Source of the DNA: Cyanophora paradoxa CCMP329
Lineage: Eukaryota; Plantae; Glaucophyta
NCBI GenBank assembly: GCA_004431415.1
Contig: QPMI01000017.1
Location: 835,310-899,309, forward strand
Reading direction: 5' to 3'
Length of the DNA: 64,000 nucleotides
In this document: in pieces, positions 12,101 to 22,700 of the stretch
Layout of the letters: every line of letters starts with the position of its first letter
Position numbering within the stretch: the stretch's first letter is position 1
Position numbers and translations under genes: made by a program
The notes under the pieces: model-generated
Told to the model about the DNA's origin: nothing
Database searches by the model: none
Seen by the model: only the letters and a program-made list of their open reading frames with translations

Positions 12101-15100
12101 CCGGCACGAGCGCGAGCGGCGCCGCAGTCGGCGCCGGCGCCGCGTGGCCGTTGCCGTTCGCGTGGCCGTTGCCGCCCCCGTGCGCGTCGAGCTCGGCGAC
12201 GACCGCCGACCAGGGCGGGTGCAGGTCCTTGCCCTTGAGGGCCTGCTTCTCGGCCGCCGGCAGGTAGTGCGTGTGCAGCAGCTCGTGCGACTTGTGGCTG
12301 AGCGGCTTCCCCAGCTCCGTCTCGTACAGGATCTGCACCTGCCGGTTCTTGTGCGACTCCCGCAGCACCGACCGCTCGTCCGCGTTGTACAGCGCCGCCG
12401 CCCGCTTCTGCAGGATCTCCGGGTCCTGCGAGCGCGGCTGGCCCGCCCCGTTCATGCACCCTCCCTCGCACATCATGATCTCTGCGCGCGCGCGCGGGCC
12501 GCGCCGTCAGCGCCGCCCCGCACGGGCCCCGCGCGCCGCGCCGCGCCGCACCGACGAAGTGGTAGGGGAGCTTGCCGGCCTTGGCGTCGTCGAGGGTGCG
12601 GGTGACGTTGGCGGCGCCGTGGACGACGCAGGCCTTGAGCTCGATGTCGCCGGGCAGCCGGAGGGTCGCCTCCTTGACGCCCTGCAGGCCCCGCACCGCC
12701 GTGATGTTCAGGTCCTTCAGGTCGGGGATGCCGCGGGCGCCCTGCGCCTCCTGCGCCTGCTTGAGGAGCGCGTAGCCCGTGCGCAGCGCCGCCTCCATCA
12801 CGCCGCCCGTCACCCCGAAGATGGCGCCGGCGCCCGTCCCCGACCCCAGCAGGCTCGCGAACTCCGCCGTCTCCCCGCGCCCGTCGAACATGTCCCAGCG
12901 CACCCCCTTCGCCTTCAGCAGCGCCCCCAGCTCCTTCGTCGTCAGCACGAAGTCCGTGTCTTGCACCCCGCCGTGCTTCAGCTGCGGCCGCTGCGCCTCC
13001 GTCTTCTTCACCGTGCACGGCATCAGCCCCGTCATCACGACCTCCTCCGGCCGCAGCCCGCTCCGCGCCGCGAAGACCCCCTTCACCAGCGCCGCGCTCA
13101 TCGACATCGGCGACTTGCACGTCGAGAGGTTCTTCAGCAGCTCCGGGTAGTCGTCCTCCGCCATCTGCATCCAGCTCGCGCTGCACCCGGCCGGGGCCCC
13201 GTCACGCCCCGCCGCCCCCGCCCCGCCCCGCCAGGCCCCGCCCCGCCAGGCCCCGCCCCGCCGCACCAGCAGCTCGTGAACATGGGGAAGGGCCCGCCCT
13301 TCTTGACGCGCTCGATCAGCTCCGACGCCTCCTCCATGATCGTCACGTCCGACGAGGCCCGCAGGTCGAACACTGCGCCCCGCCGTCGGCCCCGCGCCCC
13401 GCCGTCGGCCCCGCGCCCCGCGCACCGTGGTCGAAGCCGATGTGGTGCAGCGCCTGCACGATCATCCCTGGCGTGACCGACCCCGGCGGCATGTCGAACT
13501 CCTCGCACACCGACACGAACACCGACGGCGCGATCTGCCCCGGCCCCGCCGTCGGCCCAAGCCTGCCCCGACCGGCGCGCCCCGCCCCAGCGGACCTGGC
13601 AGCACTGCGTCTTGCGGCCGGGGGCGCCCCGCGGGATGTCCAGCGCCTGCGCCACCGCCAGCACCTCCTTCTTGAGACCCGGATACGCCTTCGGGGGCCC
13701 CGCCGGCACGAGCGCGAGCGGCGCCGCAGTCGGCGCCGGCGCCGCGTGGCCGTTGCCGTTCGCGTGGCCGTTGCCGCCCCCGTGCGCGTCGAGCTCGGCG
13801 ACGACCGCCGACCAGGGCGGGTGCAGGTCCTTGCCCTTGAGGGCCTGCTTCTCGGCCGCCGGCAGGTAGTGCGTGTGCAGCAGCTCGTGCGACTTGTGGC
13901 TGAGCGGCTTCCCCAGCTCCGTCTCGTACAGGATCTGCACCTGCCGGTTCTTGTGCGACTCCCGCAGCACCGACCGCTCGTCCGCGTTGTACAGCGCCGC
14001 CGCCCGCTTCTGCAGGATCTCCGGGTCCTGCGAGCGCGGCTGGCCCGCCCCGTTCATGCACCCTCCCTCGCACATCATGATCTCTGCGCGCGCGCGCGGG
14101 CCGCGCCGTCAGCGCCGCCCCGCACGGGCCCCGCGCGCCGCGCCGCGCCGCACCGACGAAGTGGTAGGGGAGCTTGCCGGCCTTGGCGTCGTCGAGGGTG
14201 CGGGTGACGTTGGCGGCGCCGTGGACGACGCAGGCCTTGAGCTCGATGTCGCCGGGCAGCCGGAGGGTCGCCTCCTTGACGCCCTGCAGGCCCCGCACCG
14301 CCGTGATGTTCAGGTCCTTCAGGTCGGGGATGCCGCGGGCGCCCTGCGCCTCCTGCGCCTGCTTGAGGAGCGCGTAGCCCGTGCGCAGCGCCGCCTCCAT
14401 CACGCCGCCCGTCACCCCGAAGATGGCGCCGGCGCCCGTCCCCGACCCCAGCAGGCTCGCGAACTCCGCCGTCTCCCCGCGCCCGTCGAACATGTCCCAG
14501 CGCACCCCCTTCGCCTTCAGCAGCGCCCCCAGCTCCTTCGTCGTCAGCACGAAGTCCGTGTCTTGCACCCCGCCGTGCTTCAGCTGCGGCCGCTGCGCCT
14601 CCGTCTTCTTCACCGTGCACGGCATCAGCCCCGTCATCACGACCTCCTCCGGCCGCAGCCCGCTCCGCGCCGCGAAGACCCCCTTCACCAGCGCCGCGCT
14701 CATCGACATCGGCGACTTGCACGTCGAGAGGTTCTTCAGCAGCTCCGGGTAGTCGTCCTCCGCCATCTGCATCCAGCTCGCGCTGCACCCGGCCGGGGCC
14801 CCGTCACGCCCCGCCGCCCCCGCCCCGCCCCGCCAGGCGCCGCTCCGCCGCACCAGCAGCTCGTGAACATGGGGAAGGGCCCGCCCTTCTTGACGCGCTC
14901 GATCAGCTCCGACGCCTCCTCCATGATCGTCACGTCCGACGAGGCCCGCAGGTCGAACACTGCGCCCCGCCGTCGGCCCCGCGCCCCGCCGTCGGCCCCG
15001 CGCCCCGCGCACCGTGGTCGAAGCCGATGTGGTGCAGCGCCTGCACGATCATCCCTGGCGTGACCGACCCCGGCGGCATGTCGAACTCCTCGCACACCGA

Positions 15101-16887
15101 CACGAACACCGACGGCGCGATCTGCCCCGGCCCCGCCGTCGGCCCAAGCCTGCCCCGACCGGCGCGCCCCGCCCCAGCGGACCTGGCAGCACTGCGTCTT
15201 GCGGCCGGGGGCGCCCCGCGGGATGTCCAGCGCCTGCGCCACCGCCAGCACCTCCTTCTTGAGACCCGGATACGCCTTCGGGGGCCCCGCCGGCACGAGC
15301 GCGACCGGCGCCGCAGTCGGCGCCGGCGCCGCGTGGCCGTTGCCGTTCGCGTGGCCGTTGCCACCCCCGTGCGCGTCGAGCTCGGCGACGACCGCCGACC
15401 AGGGCGGGTGCAGGTCCTTGCCCTTGAGGGCCTGCTTCTCGGCCGCCGGCAGGTAGTGCGTGTGCAGCAGCTCGTGCGACTTGTGGCTGAGCGGCTTCCC
15501 CAGCTCCGTCTCGTACAGGATCTGCACCTGCCGGTTCTTGTGCGACTCCCGCAGCACCGACCGCTCGTCCGCGTTGTACAGCGCCGCCGCCCGCTTCTGC
15601 AGGATCTCCGGGTCCTGCGAGCGCGGCTGGCCCGCCCCGTTCATGCACCCTCCCTCGCACATCATGATCTCTGCGCGCGCGCGCGGGCCGCGCCGTCAGC
15701 GCCGCCCCGCACGGGCCCCGCGCGCCGCGCCGCGCCGCACCGACGAAGTGGTAGGGGAGCTTGCCGCCCTTGGCGTCGTCGAGGGTGCGGGTGACGTTGG
15801 CGGCGCCGTGGACGACGCAGGCCTTGAGCTCGATGTCGCCGGGCAGCCGGAGGGTCGCCTCCTTGACGCCCTGCAGGCCCCGCACCGCCGTGATGTTCAG
15901 GTCCTTCAGGTCGGGGATGCCGCGGGCGCCCTGCGCCTCCTGCGCCTGCTTGAGGAGCGCGTAGCCCGTGCGCAGCGCCGCCTCCATCACGCCGCCCGTC
16001 ACCCCGAAGATGGCGCCGGCGCCCGTCCCCGACCCCAGCAGGCTCGCGAACTCCGCCGTCTCCCCGCGCCCGTCGAACATGTCCCAGCGCACCCCCTTCG
16101 CCTTCAGCAGCGCCCCCAGCTCCTTCGTCGTCAGCACGAAGTCCGTGTCTTGCACCCCGCCGTGCTTCAGCTGCGGCCGCTGCGCCTCCGTCTTCTTCAC
16201 CGTGCACGGCATCAGCCCCGTCATCACGACCTCCTCCGGCCGCAGCCCGCTCCGCGCCGCGAAGACCCCCTTCACCAGCGCCGCGCTCATCGACATCGGC
16301 GACTTGCACGTCGAGAGGTTGTTCAGCAGCTCCGGGTAGTCGTCCTCCGCCATCTGCATCCAGCTCGCGCTGCACCCGGCCGGGGCCCCGTCAGGCCCCG
16401 CCGCCTCCGCCCCGCCCCGCCAGGCCCCGCCCCGCCGCACCAGCAGCTCGTGAACATGGGGAAGGGCCCGCCCTTCTTGACGCGCTCGATCAGCTCCGAC
16501 GCCTCCTCCATGATCGTCACGTCCGACGAGGCCCGCAGGTCGAACACTGCGCCCCGCCGTCGGCCCCGCGCACCGCCGTCGGCCCCGCGCCCCGCGCACC
16601 GTGGTCGAAGCCGATGTGGTGCAGCGCCTGCACGATCATCCCTGGCGTGACCGACCCCGGCGGCATGTCGAACTCCTCGCACACCGACACGAACACCGAC
16701 GGCGCGATCTGCCCCGGCCCCGCCGTCGGCCCAAGCCTGCCCCGACCGGCGCGCCCCGCCCCGGGCCCCGGCGGACCTGGCAGCACTGCGTCTTGCGGCC
16801 GGGGGCGCCCCGCGGGACGTCCAGCGCCTGCGCCACCGCCAGCACCTCCTTCTTGAGGCCCGGATACTTGCTGTCTGCCGCTGGCAT
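1405..16887 (-). CDS. hydA: Giant multi-exon [FeFe]-hydrogenase fusion: (H-cluster domain)x6 - flavodoxin x2 - H-cluster domain - flavodoxin - FAD-binding domain (CysJ/CPR-like, NAD(P)-binding domain absent); ~4,100 aa
   Basis: ATG at 16887 (gcgaccATG). First-unit exons are 16887-16777, 16708-16600, 16546-16441, 16369-15741 and 15670-15183, joined by GT-AG introns. They keep frame and run into the next unit with no stop. Each H-domain has L1 TSCCASW (TSCCAGW in the 7th), L2 MPCTVKKxE, L3 EIMMCxGGCxxGxGQP and the SHKN...LLHTxY tail. Flavodoxins show xGSETG, STAGxGDFP and FGxGDxxY. The FAD domain shows RLYTVAS and GLTTGFL. Stop TAG at 1407-1405. Confidence 0.85.
3360..4860 (-). other. Seventh (diverged) H-cluster domain within the hydrogenase fusion
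   Basis: CCQIAPSTF, DVTIMEEASELIER, TSCCAGW, SSCKSP, MPCTVKKVE, EIMMCNGGCSGGPGQP, LLHTYY. Confidence 0.92.
5209..6896 (-). repeat. Internal duplication encoding two consecutive flavodoxin domains of the hydrogenase fusion
   Basis: Exon pairs 6748-6653/5667-5572 (96 nt) and 6587-6369/5518-5300 (219 nt) are essentially identical (LMDAEECTAETV...AEAAW). The first exons 6896-6804 and 5825-5724 both carry WGSETGKSEGLAKK. Confidence 0.9.
7429..16867 (-). repeat. Tandem array of six near-identical ~1587-bp units, each encoding one 444-aa H-cluster domain plus linker and four introns
   Basis: The MMCEGG ORF starts recur at 15665, 14078, 12476, 10890, 9303 and 7716 (spacings 1587, 1602, 1586, 1587, 1587). 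One unit is 1332 nt of exon plus 255 nt of intron. Confidence 0.97.
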
Positions 16888-18011
16888 GGTCGCTGTTGCG
16901 CGTTATACGGTGTGCCTGTGTTGCTGTGGACGGTTTCCTTGTGCTGCTGCTTTCACGTACGCGTTAGCTTATAGGCTGTCCTGCAGCTCAGGCCCGCAAC
17001 GGTTGTTCGTCTACGCGCATTCTATCTCATCGACGCTCTCACTGCAGCTGAGGATCTCAAAGTATGAAGCGTGCTGAGCGAGTCACAGTTCTAGTCCTGC
17101 TGCGGGAGAGAGATACGCCACGCTGCTGCAGGCGCTTTAGCTAGCGAGGCTCTACTCTACAAAGACGCGTGTTTCCTCCCGCAAGACCGATCTGCGTCGC
17201 CGAGTGATGGTCCTTTCATGATAGGATTGCAAATGGATCGACGCACCTCAAGGCTCGCGTCTTCAGACCAGGGAGCGACCTGCACTCGTCACTTTCACTC
17301 GCATGCGGCCGCAGCAGGAGACCGTCGGGCCGCGACTAGACCGCTTGCCACAGTGGTGCGCTCGAGCACGACCGACGGCCTGCCAGAAACGCAAGCATGC
17401 GTCTAGATCTATACAAGGTCGGCCGCGGAGTAGTAGCGTGCTGGGCGACGGCACTATCCTAGGCCTGTACTGTTGTTGCTGCGCGGATCGAGAAGCGCTG
17501 CAGCAGCGGCTTGGACGCAAGTCACAGCCCACCCGCTCTAGCCGTCGCTTCGGAGCTCAGCTTGATATTAAATATTGCAAACATGATATACAAGCCGGTG
17601 CAATTTTTCTTATCGAGCCCGTGACGCCGAACGTCAACCGCTCGAGCTCGGCTTTAAGCCGCTGTTGGTGTCACGCAGCCTGGCAGGCGCGCCGGTTCGA
17701 ATTCGATCAACAGCACTTCCGAAACCGCGGTTCGAATCTAAAAAGGGCCATTGCGTTGCGTTGGGGTACAGAAAACAAATTGAAAAAGCCGAGGTCCGGA
17801 GGCACCATCCCAGCGCCGCAGTACATCAGCGTCACCGCACAGACCTGCAGCGGGCCTGCACACCCCCCTGCATATCTAGCCCCGGTCGTTGCCACGAGGG
17901 CGCAAGCCGAGGCGTCCCGGGCCCCGTGCAGTGCTCCTGTGTCGGCAGTGTAGAGCAGACTTAAGCGCGCCCCAAACCCCGGCCCTGCTGCTCCCTCTTG
18001 AGCCTCCGAGT

Positions 18012-19465
18012 ATGGGCTGCGGAACGAGCAAGGGGACGGCGGTCGCCCCCGGCAGCTCCTCGAAGGGAGCCGCACAGGTTGCCCCACTCCGGTCCATCAA
18101 CAGCAACGGAGGTGCGCCCGCCCGACTTTCCCAGATCGACGTGTCCGCATCCGAGCCTCTGCACAGCGTCCGCGGTGGCTGAAGCGGAGGCGGCGCGCCT
18201 GCGGGCGGACGAAGCGGAAAGGCTCGTGCAGGCGACGCGGCGGGAGGCGGAGGCGGTGCGCGGCGCCCGGCGCCGCCCGCAGCGCGCGGCCGACGCGCAC
18301 TGCGCCGGGCACAGGCGAAGAAGGCCGCGGAGGAGGAGCGGGCCGCGCGGGAGAAGCTCGAGGAGGAGGCACGTCCCGCCCGCGCCCGCGGCGCGCGCGC
18401 TCCGCCCGCGCCGCGATGCTGACGGCGGGGGCAGATGAGGGCGCGCGTGGCGGAGGCGTACGAGGCGGGGCGCAAGGCGTCCGTCGGGCTGCCCGCCCCC
18501 GCCGTCGCCGTCCTCGACCGCCTCGAGAGCGAGGCGCGCGCCCCGCCCCGCTCGATCCCACGCCGCCCCCTGTCGCCGACCGTGCCGGCAGGTGCGGCAG
18601 CGCGTCGCGGAGGCGTACGAGGCGGCACGCAGGGCCTCTTCCTCCGGTGCCGCCGCGCCCCGCGCCCGCCCCGGCGCCCCCGGCCCGAGCCGCCCGCCGC
18701 GCAGATGTCGCCCCCCCCGCCTCCCTCCCCGCCATCGAGCCGCCCTCCTCGAACCCTTTCCTCCGCTCGGACCCCGCCCCCTTCAGCCCCGCCGCGCCCG
18801 ACGCCCCTGTACCCTCCGTCGCTCCCGCCCCCGCATCAAGCGGCTCGCTCGCCGCGTCCCTCCCCCCAGCTCCCAGCCGGCGCTCGCGGCGCCCAGCTCC
18901 CAGCCGGCGCTCGCGGCGCCCAGCTCCCAGCCGGCGCTCGCGGCGCCCAGCTCCCAGCCGGCGCTCGCGGCGCCCAGCTCCCAGCCGGCGCTCGCCCCCC
19001 CCGCGCCCCCGGGCCGCGACGTGCCTCCCGCGCCCGCCTTCGGTGCCCTTTATCCCCGCCTCCCGTACCCCCCTGTCCGCCCCGCTGCCCCGCTCACCGT
19101 ACCCCCAGACCTGGAGGCGGAGATGGAGGCGCAGGCTCGCGAGATCCGGCGCATGGAGGAGGAGCTCGCGGCGCGGGTACCCCCGGCGAGCCCGCCCCCT
19201 CCCCGCGCCGGAGTTGACGCCGCGGCAGGAGGCGGTGGACCAGGAGCGGGGGGAGGCCCTCCGGCAGCAGGAGCTGAGCCTGAGGCTGCGGGAGGAGCGG
19301 GCGCGGGTGGAGCGGGAGCACCGGGAGCGCATGGAGGCCGTCCTCGAGCTCCGCCGCGAGCGCATCGCCCGCTTCGAGCGCACCGTCGGCGCCGCCGTCC
19401 GAATCCAGGCCTTCTTCCGGGGGTACAAGACCCGCAGGCGCCTCCGCCAGCGCGCCGCGCGCTGA
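18012..19465 (+). CDS. Dual-acylated (MGCxxS) coiled-coil protein with C-terminal IQ calmodulin-binding motif
   Basis: N-terminus MGCGTSK fits a myristoylation plus palmitoylation signature. Glu/Arg/Ala-rich coiled-coil exons follow, ending AAVRIQAFFRGYKTRRRL. Multi-exon. Confidence 0.65.
18866..18995 (+). repeat. 27-bp coding minisatellite, ~5 copies (probably PALAAPSSQ)
   Basis: ccagctcccagccggcgctcgcggcgc repeated in tandem. Confidence 0.9.
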
Positions 19466-19714
19466 TCTCACGGCGCCGCCCGACCTCTCTCTCTCGACCC
19501 GTTGCCCCCTCCCTGTGACCCATATCCGCCATTCTTGTGTGGCCCGGCCCCCTCGAGTAAATCAAGTCAAGCAGCTGCAGATTCGCAAAGCGACCTTTGA
19601 ATTCATAATCAATAGGGGACTAATAAATGAAAAATGGAAATATATAGCTGGGTTCCAATGTACTTAAGGTAATTTCGTAATAATTTACTAGGAGGGACCC
19701 CGCGGGGGTCACGC

Positions 19715-22700
19715 CTAGGCCTCCTGCCGGACGATGCCGGCGGGGAAGGCGTCGGCCTCGGCCGCCTCGGGCCCCGCAGGCCCCTCGGGCCCCTCGCCGC
19801 CCTCGCCCTCGGGCGCCGGCGCCGGCTCGGGCTCGGGCTCGAGGCGGGGCGGCTCCGGGATGGACATGCGGCGGGAGGAGTCCGGGGCGACGAGGGGCAC
19901 GGTGAGGGCGACGGCCGCCTCGGCGGCGCGGCGGGCGGCGCCCAGGGCCGCCACCGCCGCCCCCGCCGTCGCGCTCGCCAGGTCCCCGAACATCTCCGCC
20001 AGGCTCGCCGCCGGGCCCTGGATCGCGATCGTCGGGCCCGGGCCCCCCCGAGGCCGGCCGCAGGCGCCGCCCCTGCGCGGCCGCCGCGGCGCCCTCGGCG
20101 GCGATGCGGCGGCGGTGCTGGTGCCCGCGGTAGGCCGCCTGGACGAGGGTGACGGCGTAGTGCATGTGGAGCAGCGTCTCCCGCTCGGCCTCGAGGCCCA
20201 GCAGGCGGGCCTCGTCGGCCGCCCGCTGGTGGTGCCGCCGCAGCGCGGGGAAGCGCCCCTGCGCCATCGAGTCGATCTGCCGCCGCGTGTGCGGCGGCAG
20301 CGCGTAGCCGTGCGACTGCGCGGGCCCCGGTCGGTCGGCGAGTCGCGGGCGGAGAGAGAGGGGGGGAGGGGCGGGGGGCTCGGGGGCCGCGCACCCGGTA
20401 GACGTTGTTGATGAGGGCGCGGAGGACGTCGAAGACGTGGACGCGGCCGTCGGCGACGGGCACGTTGGCCATGTCGCGCAGCATCGCCAGCGTCGCCAGC
20501 CGCGCGTCCCCCGCGTCCTCCCGCGCCAGCCCCAGCACGTGCCCGGACTCGCGCAGCAGCGTCCGCATCGCCGCCCCGACGCGCACGAAGCCCGAGGCCG
20601 CCGGGTCCAGCCGCTCCCACGCCTCCACGAACCGCGTGATGTCCCGCTCCTGCCGCCCCGCGGATCAGACCCGCGCGCGTCCCATTTAAAATGAATTGGA
20701 AGAGGGTGGAGGGATGCTGCCTCAGATTAAATCAGTTTAGTTAAAACGATCAGGAATCAAGCAAGAGAATTCGTCCTCGGCAGCAGCGGCGAGGAGAGAG
20801 AGAGGACGGGGCGGGGGGCGGGCGGGGGCGGACCTTGACGTGGTAGTCCTCTCGCCCCGAGACGACGTCGAACGAGTCGAGGACGACGGCGACGAAGAGG
20901 TTGTTCCCGATCACGTACGTCAGGAACATGAACGACACTGCCCGGGGGGGTACAGGCTGCTGTAAGCGGGGAGGGGGGAGGGGGGAAGGAGGGGGAGGAA
21001 AGGGGGGGTGCGGGGCGCACCAAAGTAGATGGGCGCGAGGGGCGTCCCGCAGTCCTGGAAGGGCACACCGGGCCGGCAGCCGCTGCTCTCGTCCCGCATG
21101 TGGTCCCACATCTGAGGCCGCCCGCCGCTCAGGGGGCGCTCCAGGGGGGCGGGGGCGCGCGCGTGCGCACGATCCAGTTCCAGTTCTCGCCGGTCGTCTG
21201 CGATCGAGGGCGATCAGAAGGGAGAAGGACAAAGAGGGATGCCCGCCCGCCCCGGCGAGTACCATGCGGAAGAGGGTGATGAGGGCGCGCGGCAGGTCCC
21301 TGAAATTGGCGTCGTCCGAGAGCTGCGCGCGCGGGGCCCCCGCGCGTGAGGGGCCGCCCAGGGACCAGGCGGGGGACGGGGTGGCGGGGTGGCGCGCCTG
21401 GGTGGCCCCCTCGAGGGTCACGAAGCGCAGGGTCCAGACGCCGACGACCCCGTACACGAATATGATGAGGGAGAGCAGCAGCCCGATCGTGCACAGCGCC
21501 GGCAGGCACTGCGGCGCCCCGTCAGCGCGCGGCCGGCGGGGGCGGTGGAAGGGAGCAGAGGCGAGGGCGGGGAAAGGGGCGGGCCGGTGCCTCAGGCTCA
21601 TTAAATCAGTATTTTGCGCTCATGGGGTCACGTCTAAGGTGACATCCTCGGCAGGCCCGCCGCAAGAGGGGTCGAACGGAAGATCGGCATTAGATAGATA
21701 CGAAAAGGGCGGGGACTGCCTCAGATTAAATAGGTTATATTAAAAACGATCAGGAATCAAGTGATTGCAATGAGGCTCGTCCTTGGCAGTGGATCATTAA
21801 AGAGGTATTAAAGGGGTGAAATATTAATAGAGTGTAAAGATGCGGCATCACACAGATTGGAGAAAGTGGCGAACTGCCTCAGATTAAATAGGTTATGTTT
21901 GAACGATCAGGAGTCAAGTGATTGTAAGAGGTTCGTCCTTGGCAGTGGATCATATTAGAGGTGAAATTATAGAGGTGAAACAATGAAAGAATGTTGTAAA
22001 GGTGCTGCATCAAAAAGATCGGAGAAAGTGGCGAACTGCCTCAGATTAAATAGGTTATGTTTGAACGATCAGGAGTCAAGTGATTGTAAGAGGTTCGTCC
22101 TTGGCAGTGGATCATATTAGAGGTGAAATTATAGAGGTGAAACAATGAAAGATTGTTGTAAAGGTGCGCATCAAAAAGATCGGAGCAGGTGGCGAACTGC
22201 CTCAGATTAAATAGGTTATGTTTGAACGATCAGGAATCAAGTGATTGTAAGAGGTTCGTCCTTGGCAGTGGATCGATGAGAGTGACATTCCAGTCCGCTA
22301 GATAGAGAAACCCAAAGCCCCCAAAGCAGGCGGGGGGCGGGGGCGGGGCGGGGGCTGCTGCCTCAGATTAAATCAGTTTAGTTTAAAACGATCAGGAATC
22401 AAGCAAGAAGGTTCGTCCTTGGCAGCAGCGAATATTAAGGTTCGAATAATTAAGAGGGGAAGATTTAATATTTATAACAAAAAGCCCAAAGAAGGAATGC
22501 GGGGCGTGGCGGGCGGGGGCGAGTGGGCGGGCGGGGCCCACCTGGACGAGGGTGGTGAAGAAGACGCGGACGCTCCTCAGGCGCTTCGCGAGGCGCATCA
22601 TCCGCAGCATGCGCAGCATCCGGAGCGCTGCGCGGCGGGGCGGCCGCCCGGCCGGCCGGCGTGAGGCGCGGGGCGGTGCAGAGGGGGGCGGGCGGGGCGG

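Larger units (their letters stand above)
21715..22269. repeat. AT-rich ~160-bp tandem array (3.5 units) in the longest channel intron
   Basis: Unit starts (actgcctcagattaaatagg) at 21715, 21873, 22035 and 22196. Confidence 0.93.

Noticed and set aside
7716-16708. Nar1/NARF (hydrogenase-like CIA protein) rather than true hydrogenase
   Set aside because: TSCC with the proton-transfer Cys, MPCxxKKxE, the TIMEE motif and the small-subunit-like tail are those of catalytic [FeFe]-hydrogenases.
7429-16867. Six separate tandem hydrogenase genes, or pseudogenes with frameshifts
   Set aside because: There is no stop codon or intergenic DNA between units, and every apparent frameshift coincides with a canonical short intron.
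20030-20060. Programmed frameshift in the channel C-terminal tail
   Set aside because: The frame change sits at a C7/G7 homopolymer in a low-complexity tail. A sequencing indel or the alternative stop at 19620 is more parsimonious.
21791-21960. rDNA fragments (GGATCATTA and other 18S-like words on the + strand)
   Set aside because: Matches are only 9-15 nt and not collinear with rRNA. They are better read as the complement of snoRNA guides and boxes.
21715-22429. CRISPR-like array (repeat-spacer pattern)
   Set aside because: Repeats are ~75 nt, the spacers are homologous to each other, the context is a eukaryotic intron and no cas genes are present. Box C/D motifs explain the pattern better.
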